This document shows positions 28,008-37,006 of a DNA stretch of 64,000 nucleotides, in pieces (position 1 is the first letter of the stretch; each line of letters starts with the position of its first letter). The translations under genes and the position numbers were made by a program. The notes under the pieces are model-generated. The model was given only the letters and a program-made list of their open reading frames with translations, searched no databases and had not been told where the DNA came from. Source of the DNA: Chloroflexota bacterium (GTDB lineage: Bacteria > Chloroflexota > UBA11872 > UBA12225); contig SHXX01000003.1 of assembly GCA_009693165.1 (NCBI GenBank), positions 2,721 to 66,720 on the forward strand, read 5' to 3'.

Positions 28008-28568
28008 TCAGGCGCCGGCCGACGCCGAACGGTAGAACTCGACCGGTTCCTCGCCGAGTGGGAAATCCTTGCGAAGTGGATGACCTTCCCAGTCGTTCGG
28101 GGTGAGGATGCGTCGCAAGTCAGGATGGTCAGTGAATTCCACGCCGAACATGTCGTAGATTTCTCTCTCCGGCCAGTTCGCCGCTGCCCAGATCAGTGCA
28201 ATCGACGGAATGACTGGCAACTCGTCTCCGTGAGCCGCAACGGCGCACTTGACCCGGATTCGCGCATTCGTGGTCATGGAATGCAGGATGTAGGTCACCT
28301 CGAATGGTTCGTCGCGGTCGGGCCAATGGCTTCCGCCGACGTCGACCAGCATGTCATAGCGCGTCTGACACTCGTGCCGAAGCCATGAGATTGCCTCGCG
28401 GATGTGCTCCGGCAAGACCCGGACCGTCGGCATCTGGTCCGCATACCTCCACGACGGCACGAATGAACCCGGAAATCGTTCGATCACCAGGTCTATGTCG
28501 GTCGGCGGCGGTGGAGGCGTCTCATCGTCACCCTGCGTGGCGCCTTCGGAAGGTGGTTGCTGAACCAT
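28008..28568 (-). CDS. nuoC: NADH-quinone oxidoreductase subunit C (30 kDa)
   Basis: DMFGVEFTDHPDLRRILTPNDWEGHPLRKDFPL motif. Confidence 0.85.
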   Translation of the reverse strand: MVQQPPSEGATQGDDETPPPPPTDIDLVIERFPGSFVPSWRYADQMPTVRVLPEHIREAISWLRHECQTRYDMLVDVGGSHWPDRDEPFEVTYILHSMTTNARIRVKCAVAAHGDELPVIPSIALIWAAANWPEREIYDMFGVEFTDHPDLRRILTPNDWEGHPLRKDFPLGEEPVEFYRSASAGA

Positions 28569-28696
28569 CGGTCTGCCTTCTTGCGTAAGGGAAGCGTCTG
28601 TACATCAAGGGACGTTGAGGAGCCGGGGCCGGCGGGCATCACTGCCCGCGATTGCGCGTCGCTAGGGTGGGGGCAGCCCCACCGTTCGCATTCCCG

Positions 28697-29293
28697 CTAT
28701 GCCTTCACCGTCACCGGTGCCCGTTCGAATTGCTTGCCGAACTGCTTGTCGTATTCAATCTTTGCCTGAAGCTTGATCAATCCGTCGATGACTGCCTCGG
28801 GCCGTGGCGGGCACCCAGGGACGTACACATCGACCGGAACGATACGGTCGACCCCCTGCACGAGCGCGTAGTTGTTGTACACACCACTGCACGACGCACA
28901 GGCACCCATGGACAGCACCCACTTGGGTTCCGGCATCTGGTCGTAAAGGCGACGCAGCACCGGGGCCATCTTCTTGGAAAGCCTCCCGGCCACAATCATG
29001 AGATCCGACTGGCGAGGCGAAGACCGGAACACCTCCGCGCCAAATCGGGACACGTCATGCTTCGCGGCACTCATGGCCATCATCTCGATGGCGCAGCACG
29101 CGAGGCCGAACAGCATCGGCCAGATGGAATTGGCCCGCGCCCATCCAACCGCCCGATCAACCGTGGTGAGAGCCACACCCGAAGCACCACTGAACCCGCC
29201 GGCATCTAGTGCCTGCGGACGAACGGCACCAGGCTGTTCAGGAGAATCCGACGCACGCATCCAGCGACTAAACGGAACGGTCATGCTTCCCAC
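28697..29293 (-). CDS. nuoB: NADH-quinone oxidoreductase subunit B (20 kDa, N2 cluster)
   Basis: CCAIEMM...GACASCSG...GCPP cysteine motifs. Confidence 0.9.
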   Translation of the reverse strand: MGSMTVPFSRWMRASDSPEQPGAVRPQALDAGGFSGASGVALTTVDRAVGWARANSIWPMLFGLACCAIEMMAMSAAKHDVSRFGAEVFRSSPRQSDLMIVAGRLSKKMAPVLRRLYDQMPEPKWVLSMGACASCSGVYNNYALVQGVDRIVPVDVYVPGCPPRPEAVIDGLIKLQAKIEYDKQFGKQFERAPVTVKA

Positions 29294-29718
29294 TCCAACG
29301 CGCGCTTCTTCCAGATATATACGTAGCCAAGCAGCAGGAACCCGGCGAACACCGCCATCTCCCCGAGGGCAAACAGAACGTAGTCAGTACCTCCGACCCG
29401 GAGGTGGCGGAGAAGCACCGTCCACGGCACCAAGAAGATCACTTCAACGTCGAAGAGGACGAACAACATCGCCGTGAGGAAGAACTTGATCGGGAAACGA
29501 CGCCACGCCTGACCAACTGGCGTCATGCCACACTCGTAAGGCGCGAGTTTCGCTGCCGTCGGACGCTTGGATCCGACGAAGTTCGAAATGACGATCACCC
29601 CGATCGCAATCGCGAACGCCACCAGGATCTGAATCAGGATTGGCACATAATCGAACGCCACCCTGGTGTCCTCCCTCTGGACTTCAGCCGGCACCCGGCA
29701 GGAAACTTCCCGCCACAT
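29281..29718 (-). CDS. nuoA: NADH-quinone oxidoreductase subunit A
   Basis: Contains YECG...FDVEVIFL motifs. The true start may be downstream of 29718 (N-terminal about 20 aa uncertain). It overlaps the nuoB start by 13 nt. Confidence 0.8.
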   Translation of the reverse strand: MWREVSCRVPAEVQREDTRVAFDYVPILIQILVAFAIAIGVIVISNFVGSKRPTAAKLAPYECGMTPVGQAWRRFPIKFFLTAMLFVLFDVEVIFLVPWTVLLRHLRVGGTDYVLFALGEMAVFAGFLLLGYVYIWKKRALEWEA

Positions 29719-29821
29719 CGCGCCGCCGTCATGTCAACGCCCCGGTACCGCAGTGCGGCCGATTGCGTGAGGGCGATGCTAGGGACGCGGTTGGTGACCC
29801 GTCAACCCGGATTGTTGAACC

Positions 29822-29841
29822 TTTGTGCAGTCCGTCACAAA
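29822..29841. promoter_or_regulatory. Candidate Rex (redox-sensing repressor) operator in the nuoA / cysteine-desulfurase divergent region
   Basis: TTTGTG-cagtccgt-CACAAA. GTG/CAC half-site cores sit at the 18-bp spacing of the Rex consensus TTGTGAA-N4-TTCACAA. It lies about 105-125 bp upstream of the nuoA start. Rex control of nuo operons is known in Streptomyces and other Gram-positives. Confidence 0.3.
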
Positions 29842-30004
29842 GTCTACCGTTTCCAACCCCGGCAAGTCTTACTCACCTCTCCCGTCGCAAGCGCCATGGG
29901 CCAGGGGGGTCTCTCGCGCCGCTCGCGTAGCGTGAGCGCCAACACTTGCACGGGTGGGACGGTTACACTCCGACCAGGTTTCTCAAGATAGAGGATTGCC
30001 CCCA

Positions 30005-31183
30005 ATGCCTGCCGTGTATCTCGATCACGCCGCGACCACCCCTGTTCGTGCCGAGGTCATCGAGGCAATGGCACCGTACTGGACAGATATTTCCGGTAAT
30101 CCTTCCAGCATCTACGATGCGGGCCGAAATGCCCGTCACGCGATTGACGCCGCCCGTGACTCGGTCGCAGTCGACCTCAACGCCCGTGCGTCCGAGGTCA
30201 TCTTCACCAGCGGTGGAACCGAAAGCGACAACGCCGCCATCAAGGGCGTCGCGTTCGCGTCAATGCACCGGGGCAAGCACCTCATAACGACAGCCATCGA
30301 GCATCACGCAGTCCTCCACACCTGCGAATGGCTTGAGCAATTCGGGTTCGAGACAACCTACCTACCCGTCGACGGGTACGGCATGGTCAACCCCGACGAT
30401 GTCCGCAAGGCAATCAGGCCCGATACCATCCTGATCTCCGTGATGTACGCGAACAACGAAGTCGGGACGGTCCAGCCACTCGCCGAGATTGCCCGGATTG
30501 CCCGCCCCGCCCGCATCCCGTTCCATACCGATGCTGTTCAGGCACCCGGTTTGCTACCCATCGACGTTAGCGCCCTCGGCGTCGACCTCCTCTCGCTGTC
30601 CGCGCACAAGTTCTGCGGACCGAAAGGCATGGGAGTGCTCTACGTCAGGGGCGGAACCCGCTGGCAACCGCAACAGAGCGGCGGCGCTCAGGAACGCAAC
30701 CGACGGGGCGGCACCGAGAACACGCCCGGAATCGTCGGGCTTGCCGCCGCACTGCGTCTGGCCGCGAATGAACGTCTTGCGACCAACGTCCACGTCCAAC
30801 AGCTACGGGACGACCTCATCCACCGCATGCTCGACACGGTCGGAGAGGCCCGCCTCACCGGCCACCCGACCGAACGACTTCCGAACAATGCCAGCTTTGT
30901 GTTCCGGCAAGTCGAAGGCGAGAGCATCCTGTTGAGCCTTGACATGGCGCAGATTGGCGCATCAAGCGGCTCTGCCTGTACATCCGGCGCCACCGAGCCA
31001 TCGCACGTGATCACTGCACTAGGATTGCCATCAGACTGGGTGCGCGGTTCACTGCGTCTTACATTGGGACGTACTTCATCACCGGATGACATCGATGCCG
31101 TAATGAGGGTGCTCCCTCCTGCTCTCAGCCGTCTCCGCGCCCTTTCACCGGGACGCGCGTCCGCCCCCACCGCGTCAGCGTGA
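30005..31183 (+). CDS. Cysteine desulfurase (NifS/IscS family, PLP-dependent)
   Basis: ORF 29954..31183. The true start is [13 protein letters not shown] at 30005 (GAGGA RBS). Active-site loop SSGSACTSG. Aminotransferase class V fold. Confidence 0.85.
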   Translation: MPAVYLDHAATTPVRAEVIEAMAPYWTDISGNPSSIYDAGRNARHAIDAARDSVAVDLNARASEVIFTSGGTESDNAAIKGVAFASMHRGKHLITTAIEHHAVLHTCEWLEQFGFETTYLPVDGYGMVNPDDVRKAIRPDTILISVMYANNEVGTVQPLAEIARIARPARIPFHTDAVQAPGLLPIDVSALGVDLLSLSAHKFCGPKGMGVLYVRGGTRWQPQQSGGAQERNRRGGTENTPGIVGLAAALRLAANERLATNVHVQQLRDDLIHRMLDTVGEARLTGHPTERLPNNASFVFRQVEGESILLSLDMAQIGASSGSACTSGATEPSHVITALGLPSDWVRGSLRLTLGRTSSPDDIDAVMRVLPPALSRLRALSPGRASAPTASA

Positions 31184-31313
31184 GCGTTCAACGCGACAAT
31201 GGTCACGGCTTGCCCGGATCCCTACTTAATTGCCCCCTGTTGCAATGCACCCCGCTTGACATGCCCTGCCGCCCCTTGAAGCGCATGACCGCGACCGAAC
31301 GGCGCCGACGCGC

Positions 31314-32009
31314 ATGACCGACGATTTCCCGACCCTCCCAAGGGCAAGTGGTGACACTCCAATCGGGCCGAACGCTCGGATACCGATCCGTCCACCGGGG
31401 CCACAGCAGCGCCTGCGAGACGCGAAGCATGACCGTCGTTTGGAACTTGCATCGGCAAGCATCGGTCTCGGGCTGGCCCTCGTGTGTACTGCCATTGGCA
31501 TTTCCACCACCGTGATGGGTTTCGAGTTCCCGGAGACCCGCATCGTGGCCATCCTCGGGTTGATCGCCACGATCGGGGGGATTGGCCTCGCCTTTAGGTT
31601 CATGCACGGTGTCATCGTTGCGGTCCGCACATCCAGTGACCCATCGCCCGGAACCGCGACTACCCACTGTCCGACAATTACCCAACGCAAGTCATCCACA
31701 CAAGCCGAATTGCGAGTGGCCTCGGGTTTCATCGGGATCGGATGCGGGATTGCCACCGGCCTCGATCTAGGAACCCTCATCCTCCTCGTCGCCGGGCGCA
31801 CCCTCTGGGATATTGCGCCGACCACCAGCCTCATCCTTCTCGTCATTCTGCCGATGGTCGGCATATTCCCAGTTGCGTTGCTCATAATTGCAAGCGACCG
31901 TCGACGGTGGTTGCGTCCCCAGGTTTTCATCACCACACTTGCGTGGGTAGCCGGAACGGCCCTCGGGTTTGTCGGCAGCGGCGTCGTGCCACATCTTGGC
32001 ATCGTTTAG
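31314..32009 (+). CDS. Hypothetical polytopic membrane protein
   Basis: 231 aa with 4-5 clear hydrophobic helices (LGLALVCTAIGISTTVMGF, IVAILGLIATIGGIGLAF, LILLVILPMVGIFPVALLII). The overlapping 258-aa minus-strand ORF is Arg-rich low-complexity and is judged an artefact. Confidence 0.55.
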   Translation: MTDDFPTLPRASGDTPIGPNARIPIRPPGPQQRLRDAKHDRRLELASASIGLGLALVCTAIGISTTVMGFEFPETRIVAILGLIATIGGIGLAFRFMHGVIVAVRTSSDPSPGTATTHCPTITQRKSSTQAELRVASGFIGIGCGIATGLDLGTLILLVAGRTLWDIAPTTSLILLVILPMVGIFPVALLIIASDRRRWLRPQVFITTLAWVAGTALGFVGSGVVPHLGIV

Positions 32010-32135
32010 AGAAGCGGTGTCCCATCGTCAAAGCGACGAGTGACGGCACGAGGTGCGCCTCGCCTGCCTGCGGCGTTTGGGGTGCAAAGAGCGCCTGACG
32101 CTTTCATTCAAGCGTCAGGGACCGCGGGGATCACA

Positions 32136-32504
32136 ATGCCTTCGACACCAGACATCGTCGACGCAACCGCCCTGACCCGTTCCGTGGGTTGGATGCAGGA
32201 TGCGTTGTACGCATGGATATCGCCCGCATGGCTCATGGCGTTCGTCATGATCGCGGTCGGCCTCTTCACTTTTCACAGTACGGTTGGCTCCCCACCGCGA
32301 CGATGGTTGGAAAACTTCCCGATCGCATTCCTCGGCTTTGCGCTCGGGAACCTGATCGGGTACCAGACGAACTCCAAGTTCCCTGCCATTGGAGACATCC
32401 ATTTCGTCGAAGCGTACGTCTGCATGACCGCACTACTCGCAGGGTCGAACTGGTTGAACCGTGTGGCCCCTCAGTCGACCCGGCGCTTCTTTGGCAGGGT
32501 TTGA
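32136..32504 (+). CDS. Hypothetical small membrane protein (3 TM)
   Basis: The ORF 32040..32504 has an internal ATG at 32136 preceded by GGGGA, which gives 122 aa with three hydrophobic helices. Confidence 0.5.
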   Translation: MPSTPDIVDATALTRSVGWMQDALYAWISPAWLMAFVMIAVGLFTFHSTVGSPPRRWLENFPIAFLGFALGNLIGYQTNSKFPAIGDIHFVEAYVCMTALLAGSNWLNRVAPQSTRRFFGRV

Positions 32505-32674
32505 CACTGCAAAGCGACCCTGAACCATAATGAACGGCACCATTCCGTCAAGTCACTCGTTGTGACGCGTGCCGGTCTCCGGAGTTCATCTGGCCAGCAT
32601 TCCACCGCGCAACTAGACCCCGGAATGGCCGTACCGCAATCGCCCGTTCCACCTCTCCAACAGGATTCACAACC

Positions 32675-32995
32675 ATGGCAGCGCAGCGACCCGTGAACCG
32701 TGAATGGTCAAACGCGGCCGAGGCCGTCCGCATTGCCGGTGAACAACTCGGCATCTATCGGCGACGAACCGGTATCGAGGACTCCATCGCGTTTGCCATC
32801 GGCCTGCTCGCCGGCGCCGTCACTGGCGCAATCGCCGGCATCCTGACCGCACCGGCAGGCGGGGCAAGCATGCGTTCGCGCGTTCGTGAATCGCTGATGA
32901 ACCTGCGAAATAGCGGTACGCCACCGGATGCGCCTCTCGCATCCACCTTGCCGGCAACCATCACCTTGACCACGGTTCGACCAACTGCACCATAG
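32675..32995 (+). CDS. YtxH-like small membrane protein
   Basis: 106 aa. AGGA RBS. GLLAGAVTGAIAGILTAP glycine-zipper helix as in YtxH/DUF948 proteins. Confidence 0.5.
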   Translation: MAAQRPVNREWSNAAEAVRIAGEQLGIYRRRTGIEDSIAFAIGLLAGAVTGAIAGILTAPAGGASMRSRVRESLMNLRNSGTPPDAPLASTLPATITLTTVRPTAP

Positions 32996-33161
32996 GCGTG
33001 CAGTCCCCACAACAACCCGTGCCAAACCGCGGGGTCGATCAAGTCAACGACTTGGGATTTTCGCCCGGACTGCCTACGCTTCCCGGCATCTGGCTAGGGC
33101 GAGGGTGTGCGCCCCAACCCGGAGGTCGTCACACCGTCGTGAGCCGCGGGAAAGCGTGCCG

Positions 33162-35558
33162 TCACGTCCTCGGTTTGACGGTAGTTGGCGTCTCAGGAAC
33201 GGACGCCGGTGCCACTGGCGCACTTGAAGCACCCGCTGCAACCGCCGGAATTCCATTCACGGCGACCGGGGCGGGAGTGGGCGCCACCGGTGCGGGTTCG
33301 GACGCCGGTGCAACCGGGCTGAGGAACGTCTTCAGGGCGGCAAACAAGCCGGGGGATCCGGGAACCAGAGCACCCTGGGCAACTGCTGTGCGAACAGCCG
33401 GCGGCGTACCTTGCCCGACCGCGCCGATACCGATGGCCCACTTCTCCTGCCAAGGCGCGTACCGGCTCGAGAAACTGTCCGACAGGCTTTGCTTGCCGTT
33501 CACCGTGACCACCCGACGCACAACCGCGTCAACCCCATCGGCCTTCCATTCGGCCTGCTTTCGTTGTCCAAGCGGCAGCTTAGGATCCGGCACATCCGGA
33601 GCGGCATCGGGTGCGGGACGTTCATTCGCCCGTGCACTGGTCAGCTTGATCTCACGCCCTGTCACTTCACCGAACAGCCTGAACGTAACGACCTTTGTTT
33701 GCTCATCGACAGTCACGTGCACGAGGAGAGGCGATCCGGTGTCGTTCTTGAACCGGAAGTCAACCCCAGGGTCGTAGACCGCAGCATCGAAGCCTACGGG
33801 ACTTCCATCCTGTTCGTAATACGTGACTCGGTATGCATGCTGGTGTCGCTCGACGATTGGCAGGCCACCCCAGAACGCCGCACGGAACATGGTGGTGGAT
33901 ATCTGACAGACCCCGCCACCGATCCCCGGGACTGTGGCATCACCCTGGATGGTCAGCCCCTCAAGGTAACCGTTCCCCGGTGTGATGGGACCCAAGCTTT
34001 CCAGGAAAGAGAAGACCGCACCCGGCTGGATCAGGGTGTGATGGAGTTTCCCGGCAGCTACCTTGACGTTGTTGGCACGTTCGGGCGACGACCCGGTGTA
34101 CTTGGACGAACCCACGCCGACGAGATCCTTGATGCCCATCGATGCGAGGCGTGAACTCGAGACTATCGGCATCGCGATAGTGACCGGGAGCACAACATCG
34201 CGACTGTCGTCAGTCGCGGCCTGGATGATGGTCCGAACCGTCACTGCCTGGTCGATGTGCAGTCCATCCTGACCATCCCGGGTAAATACGATTGCCTTGC
34301 CGTCCCAGCGAAATTGCCCGTCCTGCGGTGCACGCTCAACCTGTTGGGTAATCGTCTTGACGAATGTTGCTACATTCGTCTCATTCAACCCAGCCAGCAG
34401 CCGGTCGTAGCCCCCATCGACCCCGGACTCGCGCCGGAGCTCGAGCATTGATTCAAGTTGGGCAAGTGAAAGCGACCACGATTGCTCACCGGCCCGGATG
34501 AACAGTGGGCCCGCCAGGATCTTCTGGGCAACCCGCTGAGCCTCGGCAATACTCGTCTGAGAGGTACGTGGTTGCGCAACGACGACGGGAAGAGGCACGA
34601 CCTGACGGTCATTCAAGGTGGCCGGGAGCCGCACGGCACGTATCGCCGCCTCGACATCGATCCGCTCACCATTGACTGCGGGGGTCAGGAGTATCTGGCC
34701 CCCCTTGATCGACAACGTTGCCTCGACGGGGGACCGGTCGACCCCCGATGCGAGCTTTTCCAGATACGCCGAAAGTTGCGCACGGTCAATCTCGGCCCGG
34801 AACGTGACATCCGGTCGCCACAACGGGACGGTCACGACTTGGAGCCAACGCAAGGGCCAGACCCACGTCCTGCCAGTCGTCATGGCACGCGCCTGCATCT
34901 CATCGGTGCCGACGCGCATCCCAATCTCGCGCGCCGTTGGACGCCACTCCCGGTTCATGGACGTGAAGGAGACCGGTGCGGTTACAAGCGGTACTGCAGC
35001 GTCGTTGACCGCCCGAGACACCTCAGCCGCCCCGAGGCCTCCAAGTGCGACATCGCCAAGACGCACTCCCGGCAGGGCCATTTCCGCGTACCGAACGTCT
35101 AGCACCCCGCCAACGATGAATGCGAGCACAATGGCCACAAGCGGGATCTGGCGCAACGACAACCGATAACCTGGGCGCCCAGCAGCGCTTGGTGGACGCG
35201 TAATTTGGTCCCCGCGATCAGTTGCCCCATTGCGCCCGCGACCCATGCCTCGGGTCACTTTCCCTTCTGGAAATAACGGTGCGGGTTCAATCCGGCTGGG
35301 GCCGTCATCGTCTGACATGACCCGTGCAAAGGACGGCGAAAGCCGACGGGGTACTCGCGGCACGCCCTCACGCACTGCCACATCGCCACCACCCGGTCTT
35401 CGCGTCACCGTCGATGAAGGCCGAACAACTGCCGAAGAAGGTCGCAGGGCCTCCGAAGCCGGAATGCGACGCGTGGAGGCGCGACGTCCAACCGGGTGAT
35501 CGGTGGGACGGTCATCGGGCATCGCGCCGGATCGCATCTGGGCCTGACCGGTCGGCAT
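33162..35558 (-). CDS. VanW-domain protein with N-terminal disordered region, single TM and C-terminal Pro/Ala-rich tail
   Basis: GIGGGVCQISTTMFRAAFWGGLPI is the VanW signature. There are about 150 aa of Arg/Pro-rich N-terminus before the TM helix (IPLVAIVLAFIVGGVL). The C-terminus is PAPVAPTPAPVAV... low complexity. Confidence 0.75.
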   Translation of the reverse strand: MPTGQAQMRSGAMPDDRPTDHPVGRRASTRRIPASEALRPSSAVVRPSSTVTRRPGGGDVAVREGVPRVPRRLSPSFARVMSDDDGPSRIEPAPLFPEGKVTRGMGRGRNGATDRGDQITRPPSAAGRPGYRLSLRQIPLVAIVLAFIVGGVLDVRYAEMALPGVRLGDVALGGLGAAEVSRAVNDAAVPLVTAPVSFTSMNREWRPTAREIGMRVGTDEMQARAMTTGRTWVWPLRWLQVVTVPLWRPDVTFRAEIDRAQLSAYLEKLASGVDRSPVEATLSIKGGQILLTPAVNGERIDVEAAIRAVRLPATLNDRQVVPLPVVVAQPRTSQTSIAEAQRVAQKILAGPLFIRAGEQSWSLSLAQLESMLELRRESGVDGGYDRLLAGLNETNVATFVKTITQQVERAPQDGQFRWDGKAIVFTRDGQDGLHIDQAVTVRTIIQAATDDSRDVVLPVTIAMPIVSSSRLASMGIKDLVGVGSSKYTGSSPERANNVKVAAGKLHHTLIQPGAVFSFLESLGPITPGNGYLEGLTIQGDATVPGIGGGVCQISTTMFRAAFWGGLPIVERHQHAYRVTYYEQDGSPVGFDAAVYDPGVDFRFKNDTGSPLLVHVTVDEQTKVVTFRLFGEVTGREIKLTSARANERPAPDAAPDVPDPKLPLGQRKQAEWKADGVDAVVRRVVTVNGKQSLSDSFSSRYAPWQEKWAIGIGAVGQGTPPAVRTAVAQGALVPGSPGLFAALKTFLSPVAPASEPAPVAPTPAPVAVNGIPAVAAGASSAPVAPASVPETPTTVKPRT

Positions 35559-35778
35559 TGCAGTGACCCTATCGTATCGCCGATGACCAAGCCACGCGCT
35601 GCAATATGCTTCGCGGCCACCGGGATGGTTGCCTTACGCCATGGGAACTGGAACCAACACAACCACGCACTCACTGGCCATGCAAGACAGCACCTGACAA
35701 AGGATGCAACGCGGCCCGGTTAGGGGTGGTCGCACCCGCGGCCACACTGTTCTCGCCGGGAGCGGAAGTCGCGCAAAA

Positions 35779-36954
35779 CTACCCGTGCGATACCTGCGGG
35801 CGATCTCGTGACGCGACCAAAACTAGATTGTTCCGGTGGATTACTTCCTCACCAAATGCATAGCCAAGTTCATCGGCAATCGCCGCCGAGTGCATGCCCT
35901 TGATCCGCGCAACGTCAGCCGAAGCGTAATTCGCGAGGCCGCACGCAATCCGGTCGCCGTCAGGGTCAATGACGGAGAGTGGATCACCGCGCCCGAACCG
36001 GCCGTCGATCCTGAGTACACCAGCAGCCAGCAGACTGCGTCCACGCCGTCGCAACGCATCGGCCGCACCATGATCAACATGGACCGCGGCCCGGCGAGTA
36101 AGTGCCGAGAGGATCCACCGTTGCCTCGACTCCCGATGCGCACTTGATGCACGGAACCGGGTGCCGATTGCCTCGCCCGCAACCAATCGAACCAAGACGT
36201 CCGGTTCCATTCCCGGGGCAATCACGACATCCACACCCGATGCCGTTGCCAGACGCGCCGATTCAATCTTGGTGCGCATGCCCCCGGTTCCCTGATCGGT
36301 CCCCGCACCTCCCGCAAGCGCCTCGATTGCCCGGGTGATCCGTAGGACTTCAGGCACCAAGCGTGCATCGGGATCGGTCCGGGGGTCCGCCGTGTAAAGG
36401 CCACCGGTGTTGGTGAGGTTAACCAGCAACTGGGCATCGGCAAGGTTCGCCACCATCGCCGCAAGGTTGTCGTTGTCCCCAAACAGGCTGTTATCCCCAT
36501 CGACCCGAATTTCGTCGCTGGCAACAACGTCGTTCTCATTGATGATTGGGAGCACCCCGACCTCCACGAGCCCGAGAAGCGTGTTCCTGGTATTCAGGTA
36601 TCCCGGCCGACTTCGGAGGTCCCCCTTGGTCAGGAGGGTCTGGGCCACGGTCACGCCAAGGTCCGCGAAGATGCGGTCCCACACGTTCATCAACCGATGC
36701 TGCCCGATCGCCGCAAGCATCTGTTTTGCGGGAATGTCTCGCCTCGAACCATCGAGAGCGAGATGCGCGCGCCCCGCAGCGATTGCCCCGGATGAGACAA
36801 GCAGGACCTCTACCCCGGACCGTCCTACCTCGACGATTTGACGGGCCACATCCGCCATCCGCGCGTGATCAAGCGTGCGCGCTCCGCCTGTCAGGATTCC
36901 CGTACCGATCTTGACAACAATGCGCGCCAATCGTTGTTGCGTGCTTCCGGTCAT
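35779..36954 (-). CDS. proB: Glutamate 5-kinase (with PUA domain)
   Basis: ORF 35779..37152. The start is ATG 36954 (MTGSTQQRLARIVVKIGTG), which removes the overlap with the upstream gene. Motifs VVKIGTGIL and LLVSSGAIAAG. Confidence 0.85.
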   Translation of the reverse strand: MTGSTQQRLARIVVKIGTGILTGGARTLDHARMADVARQIVEVGRSGVEVLLVSSGAIAAGRAHLALDGSRRDIPAKQMLAAIGQHRLMNVWDRIFADLGVTVAQTLLTKGDLRSRPGYLNTRNTLLGLVEVGVLPIINENDVVASDEIRVDGDNSLFGDNDNLAAMVANLADAQLLVNLTNTGGLYTADPRTDPDARLVPEVLRITRAIEALAGGAGTDQGTGGMRTKIESARLATASGVDVVIAPGMEPDVLVRLVAGEAIGTRFRASSAHRESRQRWILSALTRRAAVHVDHGAADALRRRGRSLLAAGVLRIDGRFGRGDPLSVIDPDGDRIACGLANYASADVARIKGMHSAAIADELGYAFGEEVIHRNNLVLVASRDRPQVSHG

Positions 36955-37006
36955 TCCGGGCCAGAGTATAGGGAGGGGGCCCACCCAATCCCCCCGGCAA
37001 CCGCGA

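Noticed and set aside
31226-32002. 258-aa minus-strand ORF (plus a nested 160-aa ORF) overlapping the plus-strand membrane protein gene
   Set aside because: The translation is Arg/Ala/Gly-rich low-complexity sequence typical of antisense frames in high-GC DNA. The plus-strand product has clear TM-helix periodicity and is preferred.
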